DNA from: Ruminococcus champanellensis 18P13 = JCM 17042
GTDB lineage: Bacteria; Bacillota; Clostridia; Oscillospirales; Ruminococcaceae
Reading direction: 5' to 3'
Length of the DNA stretch: 64,000 bases
NCBI RefSeq assembly: GCF_000210095.1
Contig: NC_021039.1
Span: forward strand, 615,863-679,862
The notes beneath the pieces were generated by a model. That model saw only the letters and a program-made list of their open reading frames with translations, ran no database searches and was not told where the DNA came from. Shown piece by piece: positions 27,480 to 37,005 of this stretch; position 1 is the stretch's first letter, and each line of letters starts with the position of its first letter. The translations under genes and the position numbers were made by a program.

Positions 27480-29752
27480 TGAACAGGTACAAATCCTTTG
27501 GGGCAGCCCTGCTGTTTACCATTGCTGCCCTGTCTGCGGCTCTGCCGGGTGCCGGCGGCGCAGACACCAGCTATCAGATGCAGGTGGCAATTGACCTTGG
27601 CGGCGAAGGCAAGGCGATCAGCCCCTATATCTACGGCATCAACCAAAGCGGAAACCAGGAAAACTACAACAAATTCACGGTCAACGCCATCCGGCAGGGC
27701 GGCAACCGGTTTACCGGCTACAACTGGGAGACCAACGCATCCAATGCCGGGGCGGACTGGCAGCACTGTTCGGACAATTATTTGTCCGATTCCAGTGATC
27801 CGGCGGACTGTGTGCAGACCCTGTCCAGGGAGGCGGCGGCCAACGGCATTGGCTATAAGCTGGCGACTTTGCAGCTGGCAGGCTATGTGGCAGCGGACAA
27901 GAACGGTTCCGTATCCGAAGCGGAGACTGCTCCCTCCGACCGGTGGAATCAGGTTGTGCTGACCAAGGGCAGTGCCTTTGCGGATACGCCGGATCTGACG
28001 GACGGAAACGTATATATGGATGAGTATGTGCATTACATCATCGAAAAGCTGGGAAATTCTCAAAGCGCTTCCGGCATCCAGGGCTACAGCCTGGACAATG
28101 AGCCTGCTTTGTGGCATACCAGTCACAGCCGGCTGCATCCGAATCCGGTGACCATTGCGGAGCTGCACGAAAAATCCGTGGAAATGGCAAAGGCGGTGAA
28201 GGCACTGGATCCCGATGCGGAGATCTTCGGTCCTGCCCTGTATGGCTACACCGCCTACGATCACCTGGCGGATGGCGACAGCTCCACCGAATGGGAAACC
28301 ATCCAGGCAGAGAAAGGCTATCACTGGTATCTGGACTGCTACCTGGATCAGATGAAGCAGGCATCCGATGCAGCCGGTACCCGTCTGCTGGATGTGCTGG
28401 ATATTCACTACTATTCCGAATCCGCAAGAGTCGGGGCGGAGGATCGTGTCCAGTCCGTCCGGACTCTGTACGAGGCTGGCTTTGCGGAAAATAGCTGGAT
28501 CGGCAAGTGGTGCCAGGCGAATGTACCCATTCTGCCTACGGTGCAGAAGTCCATTGACACCTACTACCCGGGTACCAAGCTTGCCATTTCCGAGTACAAC
28601 TACGGGGGCGAGGATGTGAGCGCCACCATCGCCCAGGCAGAAGCCCTGGGCTGCTATGCGGATGCTAACGTATACTTTGCGTCTCTCTGGGGCGGCAATG
28701 AATACATGTTCTCCGGCATCAATCTTTACACCAATTATGACGGCAAGGGCGGCAAATTCGGAGATACGCTGATGCCCACAAAGACGGCGGATGTTTCTCT
28801 TGCAAGCGCCTATGCGGCTGTCAACGGTACGGATCAGAGCGTTGTGACCGCCATGCTCACCAATAAGGACATGTCCAGACAGGAGACTGCCTCCATTGCC
28901 CTGAATCATTCCGACAAGCAGTATGAAGCGGCGGCTGTGTATGCAGTATCCGGAGACAGCGCCGACATCCGGCTGCTGGATATTGTAACGGATGTGTCGG
29001 ATAATACGGTTCAGGTAACACTGCCTGCATACTCCGCAGCCATGATCGTGATCACGGATGACGCCTCCGACTTTGACGGTCTGGAGATCTATGACCCCAG
29101 CAAGGTGACCGAACGGGTGGAGTGTTTTGAGGATCCGGAGAGCATGCTGAACGCAAACGGCTATGTGGAGATCCCCATTACGGATCCGGAGCATCTCAAG
29201 GAGATCCGTCTGACTGCGGATGTGACCTCCAGTGCAGGCTCCTCCTGGGCGTATGCAGGCTGTGCAGTGTGCATCAACGCAAAGGATGCCGCAGGCAACA
29301 AGTTCTGGACCTCCAAGGGTTATCAGTTGAGTCTGGGTACCGGCAGCAAGGCAAAGGTGGAATTTGACGGTACACTGGAGAATGCCGACAAGGAAACGGT
29401 GGAGGCGGTGATTGCCGACGGTAAGGTAGAACTGCAAAAGTGGTGGGATTCCTCCGCTGCAAAGGAAGAAGAGAAGGAGGATATCATTACCGTCAAGTAC
29501 ACCAGGGTGGAGGTGGTATACAGTGTCAGCGACACGCCTTCCATCCTGCGGGGAGACGTGAACAGCGATGGAGAAGTCACCATTGCGGATGTAGTACGGC
29601 TTTGCCGCTATGTGGCAGAGGATACGGAGCTGACCCCCGCCATGACAGAGGAACAGCTACCCTGTGCGGATGTGAACGGGGACAGCATTGTGGATTCCAG
29701 TGACATTACCCTGATTGCCCGGTATCTGGCGCATCTGGTGGATGCTCTTTGA
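27480..29752 (+). CDS. Glycoside hydrolase, GH44-like catalytic domain plus beta-sandwich domains and a C-terminal type-I dockerin (cellulosomal endoglucanase/xyloglucanase candidate)
   Basis: Signal peptide; 'GGNRFTGYNWETNASNAG' and 'GYSLDNEP' (clan GH-A acid/base NEP) recalled as GH44 signatures; C-terminal tandem dockerin repeats 'DVNSDGEVTIADVVRL' and 'DVNGDSIVDSSDITLIARYL'. Start ATG 27480 after AAGGGGGA. Confidence 0.65.
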
Positions 29753-29759
29753 GCGTTTT

Positions 29760-29805
29760 CTGAGAAACAAAACAGCACCATGTATTCGTACATGGTGCTG
29801 TTTTT
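29760..29805. terminator. Bidirectional terminator between convergent genes
   Basis: aaacagcaccatgtattcgtacatggtgctgttttt. Confidence 0.7.
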
Positions 29806-29808
29806 GCG

Positions 29809-30921
29809 TTATACGGGTTTGGATGCTTTCTGGGAGAAGCATCGGTGGATGAGCCATTCCAGGGTGGCACACAGCAGGCAGAACCCAGCAGTGAGCATTG
29901 CCATCAGCAGATAGCGCTGCAAATAGGGGCGATCCAGCCACAGGTCAAATCTCGTGATTAACTGCCGGGCAGCGTAGTGATTGAAGTAAATCAGCATGGA
30001 CAGCCGGTTGATGTGCCGGAGCCAGGGCATCTGGAACAGGGCGGAGATCCGGCTCTTGCCGCTGAACACCACTGCCACCAGCAGGGGGATGGGGAGCAGG
30101 GCGCCGTACATGAGATGCGCACTGAAGCTGGGGAAGATCCACACCAGGAGCAGATAGACGCTGAACAGCACCTCGATGAGAGTCAGCTTGGTGCTGTACT
30201 GCTGGTCAGAGAGATGCTCCCGGATCCACTGTGCCAATGCCCAGGTGGCAGCCCCGGCGCAAATGCCGCAGAGGGCACGAAGCACGCCGCCGCTGAAGGG
30301 ACCGATACAGTCGTTCTGATCGAAGTAGCCATTGTCCATCTGGGTGAAAAAGCCGTACAGCATCAGCGCCGCCGTGGGGCTGAATACATGCAGGAAAAAG
30401 TCCGGCTTTTTGCAGAGGAAGTAGTACAGAGGCAGCATCACCAGCAGCATGGCGGAGATGTACCAGGTCACGCTGTTGACGCCGATCTGCCGCACCCCGG
30501 ACATCTGTACCAGAAACAGCTCCGGTACGCTGCCCAGGATCAGCTTCCACAGCGTGGTCAGGGCGGATACATCCTGGTGGGCGTGCAGCTCAATGCAAAA
30601 CCGGATTACAAAGTTGAAGGAAAAGGAAATGAAGTAGATCCCGGCGATGCTGCGGAATTTGTGTACCACAAAGCGGACGGCGGCTTTTCCCGGCTCCTGG
30701 GTCTGCTCCGTCCGGTGGCGCATGAAGCTGTTCGCCATCAGCATGCCGGAGACGATGAAGAAGAAATGCACCCCGAACCAGCCCCACTTGTCGGAGATCT
30801 GCCGGGCAAGACCGCCGGCAGGCGCCAGCAGTCTGGCGTGGTACAGGAAAATACACAGGGTAAAAAAGAATTTCAGCACATCCAGCTGATAGTTGCGTTT
30901 GGATTCCATATAACTCCTCAA
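29809..30921 (-). CDS. Membrane O-acyltransferase (acyltransferase family 3)
   Basis: ~10 TM; N-terminal 'NYQLDVLKFFFTLCIFLYHAR' and the rest typical of acyltransferase_3 family. Confidence 0.75.
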   Translation of the reverse strand: MRSYMESKRNYQLDVLKFFFTLCIFLYHARLLAPAGGLARQISDKWGWFGVHFFFIVSGMLMANSFMRHRTEQTQEPGKAAVRFVVHKFRSIAGIYFISFSFNFVIRFCIELHAHQDVSALTTLWKLILGSVPELFLVQMSGVRQIGVNSVTWYISAMLLVMLPLYYFLCKKPDFFLHVFSPTAALMLYGFFTQMDNGYFDQNDCIGPFSGGVLRALCGICAGAATWALAQWIREHLSDQQYSTKLTLIEVLFSVYLLLVWIFPSFSAHLMYGALLPIPLLVAVVFSGKSRISALFQMPWLRHINRLSMLIYFNHYAARQLITRFDLWLDRPYLQRYLLMAMLTAGFCLLCATLEWLIHRCFSQKASKPV

Positions 30922-31450
30922 TTCCGATTAAAACTACATAGTAGTATAGCACCAATGGGGAAATACGTCAAGGAAATATTTTTAAAATGCGGTTCCGGAA
31001 TGTTCGCAGCTTTTTTTCCGTGTTTTTCATTGCACCCTGTGGTATGATACATACATCGGAAGTCCAGAGCCGCTGCTTCCCCAAAAAGCAGGGCGGTGCA
31101 CGGGGCAATGCCCACAGTGTATGCCGGAGCCGATGAGATGAATGTATAGAGCATGAACTCTAGCACACATTCCGTACCGTTCATACGGAACCAGCCGCAT
31201 GCCGCCCACCGGCGGTGTGCACCACAAGAAAAAAGCGTATGATCCATGTACCCCTGCGCCTCTGGCGGGAGCAGACAGGTACCATGCCGGCTGCCCTGCC
31301 CGGCGGCGGATACCGTATGCGCCCACCCCGTGCCGCAGATCCTGCCGCCCGGGCAAAGCCATACTGAAGCTGTCGGCCGCACGCCGAACATGTCCGGATC
31401 ATACCACGACCATCCGGCGGCACTGCCGCTGTTCCATAGGAGGAATACAT

Positions 31451-32551
31451 ATGAAAACCATGATCATTCAGGACAATCAGAGAGGCTTGCTCATCAAGCA
31501 CGGCAGATTCATGCGGCTGCTGGAACCGGGAAAATATCGCCTGTTCGGGGATACCCGGGTGGAGGTGCTGGAGCTGAACCAGCCTCTGACCTCCGGCAGT
31601 TGCACCCTGGAGACCTTGTTGGCATGCCCGGAGATTGCCAAGCAGACTGCTTCCGTCCAGGTAGCAGACCAGCAGCTGGCGCTGCATTTTGTGGACGGGA
31701 TCTTTGCGGAAGCCCTGTCCAAGGGGCAGCATGCCTTCTGGAGCATCCAGCACAGCCATACCTTCCAGTTGGTGAGCATTGCTACCCCGGAGGTGGCACC
31801 GGATGTGCCCCGGTATATCTTTTCCCGGCTGCCTTCCGTATATTATGTGAAGGTGGAGGTATCCCCCTACGACCGGGCACGGCTGTACTTTGACCGGAAG
31901 CTGGTGGGCGTGCTGGAGCCGGGCACCTATTACTACTGGCGGTGCAGCGTGCAGGTGCAGGCGGATTTCGTGGATACCCGGCTGACTTCCATGACCGTCA
32001 CCGGCCAGGAGCTGCTGACCCAGGACAAGGTGAGTCTGCGGATCAGCTATGTGTATAGCTACCGGATCACAGACTATGTGCGGATCGCCCTGGAGATCAA
32101 CGATTTCAAGGAACAACTGCATGTGGCAGCCCAGCTGGCGCTCCGGGATTATGTGGGCATGCACCCGCTGGACGAGATCCTGGAAAGCAAGGAGGAACTG
32201 TCCGACTATGTGACCGGGCGGCTCCGGGAAAAGGCGGAGAAGCTGTTTGTGGAGATCACCGACGGAGGCGTGAAGGACATCATCCTGCCCGGGGAGATCC
32301 GGGACATCATGAACACGGTGCTGGTGGCGCAGAAGCGTGCCCAGGCCAGCGTCATTACCCGCCGGGAGGAGGTTGCTTCCACCCGTTCCCTGCTGAATAC
32401 AGCCAAGCTCATGGACGAGAACCGCACCCTGTATAAGCTCAAGGAGCTGGAGAGCATCGAGCGGATCTGCAGCAATGTGGGCAGTATCAGTCTCAGCGGC
32501 GGCTCGGATCTGCTGACCCAGCTGGCAGGACTGTTGCAGGGGGAGAAATAG
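31451..32551 (+). CDS. SPFH/band-7 (slipin-like) domain protein lacking an N-terminal TM anchor
   Basis: C-terminal half 'ITDGGVKDIILPGEIRDIMNTVLVAQKRAQASVITRREEVASTRSLLNTAKLM...' is a typical SPFH core plus coiled coil; start ATG 31451 after AGGAGGAA; no hydrophobic N-terminus. Confidence 0.65.
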   Translation: MKTMIIQDNQRGLLIKHGRFMRLLEPGKYRLFGDTRVEVLELNQPLTSGSCTLETLLACPEIAKQTASVQVADQQLALHFVDGIFAEALSKGQHAFWSIQHSHTFQLVSIATPEVAPDVPRYIFSRLPSVYYVKVEVSPYDRARLYFDRKLVGVLEPGTYYYWRCSVQVQADFVDTRLTSMTVTGQELLTQDKVSLRISYVYSYRITDYVRIALEINDFKEQLHVAAQLALRDYVGMHPLDEILESKEELSDYVTGRLREKAEKLFVEITDGGVKDIILPGEIRDIMNTVLVAQKRAQASVITRREEVASTRSLLNTAKLMDENRTLYKLKELESIERICSNVGSISLSGGSDLLTQLAGLLQGEK

Positions 32552-32758
32552 AGGAAAGCGCCTTCGGAGCATCCGGAGGCGCTTTTTGCGGGCGAAGGAG
32601 TATAGGTCGCAAGTGTGCTGTTGCATATGAAAAATTTATCTTTCATTATGCAATATATACTTGACATTTTACAATGCATAGTGTATAATAAAAATGAAAT
32701 AGGGGATCCGGTTCATATGCACTGGCATGTAGTCCAGGAAGGAGGAGGTATATTCCGG

Positions 32759-32986
32759 ATGAAAAACAAACGCATGAAGATTGCCCGTATTGCCCACGAC
32801 ATGAATCAGGAGGAGCTTGCAAAGCGGGTGGGTGTAACCAGACAAACCATCGGCATGATCGAACAGGGGAATTACAATCCAACCCTGAAGCTTTGTATGG
32901 CAATTTGTGATGCGCTGGATTGTACTCTGGACACACTTTTCTGGATTCCCAAAGAGGAGAGGAGCCAAGAAGATGAAACAAGATGA
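32759..32986 (+). CDS. XRE-family HTH transcriptional regulator (small, YozG-like)
   Basis: 'MNQEELAKRVGVTRQTIGMIEQGNYNPTLKLCMAICDAL' Cro/C1-type HTH; 75 aa. Confidence 0.8.
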   Translation: MKNKRMKIARIAHDMNQEELAKRVGVTRQTIGMIEQGNYNPTLKLCMAICDALDCTLDTLFWIPKEERSQEDETR

Positions 32987-33506
32987 AGCATTTCGGAAAA
33001 ACCTTGCAAAAAAACTGCGGGGCGCTTATGAGACGGATGAGCGCATGGATGCAGTCAATACCCAGGGACTTGCAGCCTGCGGCATGATCGCAATTCTTTA
33101 TGTAATGGTACGGATTATTTACGTGGGAGTTCACGGCGGACTTGCCTTGCCGGAGTTGGTGTTGCTGTTTCTGATGGGACTTGCCATCTGGAAGGTGAAT
33201 CGCCAGCATAAAGTGCATAAACTGCCTACGGTGTTCGGGAAGGTGGTGGATCCGTCTCCGAAGGCAAGAGGGAAGCGCCTTGGCTTGTATACACTGAATG
33301 GGGCGGCTCTGGCTCTGACCTGGTCTTTGATGGACCTGTTCGGAGATATCACCGGGCAGGGTATGTGCGTGCGGCAGTTTGCAATTGATTTTATGATGAT
33401 GCTGGTTATTTCCTTTCTGATGGATCTCGTAATCAATGAAAGAAAGATTCAAAAGTACAATGCCTATATCGCCCGGTTGGAGGCAGAGGAAAATGATTTG
33501 AGTTGA
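32973..33506 (+). CDS. Membrane protein partner of the XRE regulator (DUF-type, 4 TM)
   Basis: Overlaps the regulator's stop; RBS AGAGGAGAGGAG; predicted TM helices; typical two-gene XRE plus membrane-protein module. Confidence 0.55.
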   Translation: MKQDEAFRKNLAKKLRGAYETDERMDAVNTQGLAACGMIAILYVMVRIIYVGVHGGLALPELVLLFLMGLAIWKVNRQHKVHKLPTVFGKVVDPSPKARGKRLGLYTLNGAALALTWSLMDLFGDITGQGMCVRQFAIDFMMMLVISFLMDLVINERKIQKYNAYIARLEAEENDLS

Positions 33507-33555
33507 GGCGATACTTGCGCATAGCTTGCAGGACATTGCCGAGCATCGTTCCATC

Positions 33556-33584
33556 TTGACAAACCGTATGTGTTGTGCTACAAT
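33556..33584 (+). promoter_or_regulatory. Promoter of small-protein/P1B ATPase operon (TTGACA 33556-33561, 17 nt, TACAAT 33579-33584)
   Basis: Consensus -35 and good -10. Confidence 0.65.
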
Positions 33585-33598
33585 AAAGGCAGAAACGG

Positions 33599-33613
33599 GT
33601 TAGCGATTGCTAA
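33599..33613 (+). promoter_or_regulatory. Operator-like palindrome GTTAGCGATTGCTAA just downstream of the -10
   Basis: TTAGC-N4-GCTAA inverted repeat at about +8 to +22; same arms, spacing and position as at the feo promoter. Confidence 0.5.
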
Positions 33614-33672
33614 TCTTTTTCTGTCATTTTTTATCGCTTTTTGGCGAACTATGTAGAAAAGAGGATGAAATC

Positions 33673-33921
33673 ATGAAAAACTTTCTGAAGGATGAAAAGA
33701 CCCGTTATTTTGCAATCGGCGTACTGGCGGCAACAGCAGGCGTAAAGTTCCTGAAGAGCCGGGTTTTCCATGACGGCTGTGTGAAGGCAGTTGCCGGCGG
33801 CATGAAGCTCCGGGAGGATGCAGCAGCGTCTTTGACCAGGATCAAGGAGGATGCTGAGGATATCCGGTTTGACGAAAAGGCAGAAGCAGCCTGTGCGGAG
33901 AACTGCGGGAAAGAAGCATAA
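33673..33921 (+). CDS. Small hypothetical protein (82 aa) with C-terminal CxxC (CAENCG), co-transcribed with the P-type ATPase
   Basis: ATG 33673; amphipathic/hydrophobic N-terminal segment, 'HDGC' and 'CAENCG' motifs; stop 3 nt before the ATPase start. Confidence 0.5.
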   Translation: MKNFLKDEKTRYFAIGVLAATAGVKFLKSRVFHDGCVKAVAGGMKLREDAAASLTRIKEDAEDIRFDEKAEAACAENCGKEA

Positions 33922-33924
33922 ACC

Positions 33925-36003
33925 ATGCAGTACACCATTGCGTATGATAACCACAATCGTCTGCGTCTGCGCTGCGGGGACTATGTTCTGACCCGGGAAA
34001 AAGCCAACGGTTTGACGGAGCAGCTGCTGGAGCTGCAGGGTGTACGCACTGCCCAGGTGAATTTCCGCACCGGCAGCATCCTTGTAACCTATACCCCCGG
34101 CGCCCGGCAGGAGATTCTTGCCTGGGTTGGGGGCTTGCAGCGTTCTCAGATCCCGGAGGTGGGGCTTACTGCGGCAGAACAGGCGGACGATGAATTCCGC
34201 CGGGATCTGGAGCAGATGCTGGCAGGGCGGTTGCTGCGAAAGCTGATTCCGTCTCCCATCCGGAATCTGATGACCATTTACCGGGCGGTCAAGTACATCC
34301 TCCGGGCGCTGGACACATTGTTACGGTTTGAAATGGATATTTCCGTGCTGGATGGCGTATCCATCGGCGTATCTATCGCTCAGGGACACTTCAAGACTGC
34401 CTCCTCCGTCATGTTCCTGCTGGCGGTATCCGACCGGCTGGAGGCGTACACCAAAAAGCGTACCCGGCTTGCATTGTCCGAGCAGCTGTCGCTGAATGTG
34501 GACAGTGTATGGCTTCGCTGCGGAGCGGACAGCGTCAAGGTGCCCTTTGACCGGGTGCAGGTGGGAGATCAGGTCATTGTCCGGACGGGCAGCGTAATCC
34601 CCTTTGACGGAACAGTCTGCGATGAGGAGGGTATGGTGAACCAGGCCACCATGACCGGCGAATCCGAAGCGGTACATAAAAAGCCCGGGGACAGCGTGTT
34701 TGCCGGCACTACGGTGGAAGCAGGAACCCTTGTGGTAGAGGTCAGAAGCCTTGCGGCGGATTCCCGGCTCAACCAGATTATCAGTCTGATCGATGAATCC
34801 GAAAATCTGAAGGCAGGGGTGCAAAGCAAGGCAGAGCATCTGGCGGACGCCATTGTACCCTACAGCTTTCTGGGATTCGGACTGGTCTGGCTGCTCAGCG
34901 GCAATCTGACCAAGGCACTGTCGGTGCTGATGGTGGATTTCTCCTGTGCCATCAAGCTGTCCACCCCCATTTCCGTGATCTCTGCGATGCGGGAGGCTGC
35001 GGAGTATGGTGCTACCGTCAAGGGCGGCAAGTATCTGGAGGCGTTTGCTGAGGCGGATGCCATTGTATTTGACAAAACCGGTACTCTGACCAATGCCAGC
35101 CCGGAGGTTTCCGATGTGATCTGCTTCAACGGCTTTGAACGGGATGAGGTACTGACCACGGCTGCATGCCTGGAGGAGCATTTCCCACATAGTATGGCTG
35201 TGGCAGTGGTCAAGAAGGCTGCGGCAGAGGGACTGCTGCACGAGGAGCGCCACGCCGAAGTGGAATATCTGGTGGCACACGGCATTGTGACCCATTACGG
35301 CGGCAATCGTGCCATCATCGGCTCGGAGCATTTTGTGTTTGAGGACGAGGGCATCCCACGGACGCCGGAGCAGACCGCACTGATGCGGGAAAAGGCAGCA
35401 GGCGGCTCAGCGATATTTCTGGCGATCGGCGGTCAATTGGCAGGTATGCTGGTGATTGATGATCCGGTGCGCCGGGAGGCAAAGGATGTGATTCGGGCAC
35501 TGCGCAGCAGGGGCATCCACCGGATCTGCATGCTGACCGGAGATGCGGAATCCGCAGCGGCTCGGGTCAGCCGGGAGCTGGGCATTGATAAATATGTAGC
35601 GCAGGTGCTGCCGGAGCATAAGAGCGAGTTTGTGAAAAAGCTGCAACAGGAGGGCTTCCGGGTCATCATGACCGGGGATGGGGTGAACGATACCCCTGCC
35701 CTTGCGGCGGCGGATGTGTCCGTAGCCATGAGCGACGGCTCGGATATTGCCCGGGAGGTGGCGGACGTTACCCTGTGTCGGGATGATATTACGGTGCTGG
35801 TCACTGTCCGGGAGATCAGCGAAAAGCTGATGCACCGGATCTCCTCCAACTATCGGTTCATTGCCGGATTCAATGCGGCGCTGATCCTGCTTGGCGTAGT
35901 GGGCGCACTGCCGCCGGGGATTTCTGCACTGCTGCACAATGGCTCTACCATGCTGATTGCGGCAAAGAGCATGACTCGATTAACGGAGCGGCAGATGGAT
36001 TGA
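33925..36003 (+). CDS. P1B-type (heavy-metal) P-type ATPase of the 'SCA'-motif subgroup (P1B-6-like), HMA-like N-terminus without CxxC; substrate unknown
   Basis: 'DKTGTLT', 'GDGVNDTPAL', 'TGES' actuator motif, membrane motif 'DFSCAIKLSTP' in place of CPC; N-terminal ferredoxin-like ~70 aa lacking metal-binding Cys pair. Confidence 0.7.
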   Translation: MQYTIAYDNHNRLRLRCGDYVLTREKANGLTEQLLELQGVRTAQVNFRTGSILVTYTPGARQEILAWVGGLQRSQIPEVGLTAAEQADDEFRRDLEQMLAGRLLRKLIPSPIRNLMTIYRAVKYILRALDTLLRFEMDISVLDGVSIGVSIAQGHFKTASSVMFLLAVSDRLEAYTKKRTRLALSEQLSLNVDSVWLRCGADSVKVPFDRVQVGDQVIVRTGSVIPFDGTVCDEEGMVNQATMTGESEAVHKKPGDSVFAGTTVEAGTLVVEVRSLAADSRLNQIISLIDESENLKAGVQSKAEHLADAIVPYSFLGFGLVWLLSGNLTKALSVLMVDFSCAIKLSTPISVISAMREAAEYGATVKGGKYLEAFAEADAIVFDKTGTLTNASPEVSDVICFNGFERDEVLTTAACLEEHFPHSMAVAVVKKAAAEGLLHEERHAEVEYLVAHGIVTHYGGNRAIIGSEHFVFEDEGIPRTPEQTALMREKAAGGSAIFLAIGGQLAGMLVIDDPVRREAKDVIRALRSRGIHRICMLTGDAESAAARVSRELGIDKYVAQVLPEHKSEFVKKLQQEGFRVIMTGDGVNDTPALAAADVSVAMSDGSDIAREVADVTLCRDDITVLVTVREISEKLMHRISSNYRFIAGFNAALILLGVVGALPPGISALLHNGSTMLIAAKSMTRLTERQMD

Positions 36004-36018
36004 GCGCATATCGAAGCT

Positions 36019-36050
36019 TGGAATCAATCAAAGGGACGGTTTTTGCCGTC
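36019..36050 (+). terminator. Rho-independent terminator after P-type ATPase
   Basis: aaagggacggtttttgccgtcccttt. Confidence 0.7.
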
Positions 36051-36201
36051 CCTTTGGCATGCCCAAAACTTTGCTTCAGATGGTGATCGGATCTCTGCAT
36101 GAGGAATGTAAAGGGGGAACATATCTATGCTGTTTTTGGTGATCGAACAAAGCTATAATATTTATCATGCCAAATGAATGTTCATCTAGTGTGTGAATCA
36201 T

Positions 36202-36900
36202 TTAATTGTGTTGTTTCTCTTCCCACCGTTTTACTCGTTTTCTAAGAAAACCAAACCAAATAATTACTGTTAAAATTGGAATACTCAATAGCATCCATGG
36301 TCTAAAAGAGGTGTTTTCTGTTACCGCATAATCTTCATTACTTTCATTATCTTTATACCTAAGGTTCCCGTATTGCAGATAGTATCGTCCTTTATCTGTT
36401 ATCAGTTCGTCTTCATGCATTTCAAGTTCGCCCCAGAATTTCTCTGTATTATCAGTAACTGGACAGCTATAAAGTTGGTAATCCTCATATCCGTTTATCA
36501 TAACAAGGTCATATTTTGAACCACAATCACTTGATAAGTTCAGATATATAAGTAATGTATTTTTATCCCATTGCAAAATTACCTTGGTTCGTGTAAGATT
36601 CGTATAAATCGCAAAATCAAAGTTGCCGTATTCATCGTAAACATTAATATTAGACGGATTAATACAAGTTGCTATTTTACCATTATCAGAAACGTCAAAT
36701 GATTTTATAGTTCCTGTTGCTTCATTTGTCGAAAATTCAAAATCAAATCTGCTCTGCTTGGAATCATATTTTTCTGTTACCAACCCTTCACTATTAGCTT
36801 CCACAATCATCCGAGAAGGTAAAGATATTATTGACGCAAATGCTATAGCACAGACAACGAAAGCAATTATAATTTTATAATTTCTCATACAGTTCACCAT
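36202..36900 (-). CDS. Hypothetical membrane-anchored protein encoded in an AT-rich islet (likely horizontally acquired)
   Basis: Start ATG 36900 or 36888 (MRNYKIIIAFVVCAIAFASIISLP signal-anchor); C-terminal TM plus basic tail; local GC far below the window average; sits directly 3' of tRNA-Thr. Confidence 0.5.
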   Translation of the reverse strand: MVNCMRNYKIIIAFVVCAIAFASIISLPSRMIVEANSEGLVTEKYDSKQSRFDFEFSTNEATGTIKSFDVSDNGKIATCINPSNINVYDEYGNFDFAIYTNLTRTKVILQWDKNTLLIYLNLSSDCGSKYDLVMINGYEDYQLYSCPVTDNTEKFWGELEMHEDELITDKGRYYLQYGNLRYKDNESNEDYAVTENTSFRPWMLLSIPILTVIIWFGFLRKRVKRWEEKQHN

Positions 36901-37005
36901 TATCAATGTTTCTGCCAGTTTTGGCAGCTCATAAAATGCCCCCTTGCCCATAAAAAAGAAGCACGACTGTCCGGATACAATTGCATCGGAACCATCGTGC
37001 TTTCC

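Noticed and set aside
36050-36200. att-site direct repeat of the tRNA-Thr 3' end at the left edge of the AT-rich islet
   Set aside because: Only a weak partial match (ggtgatcgaacaaag vs gggattcgaacctg); not convincing without an alignment tool.
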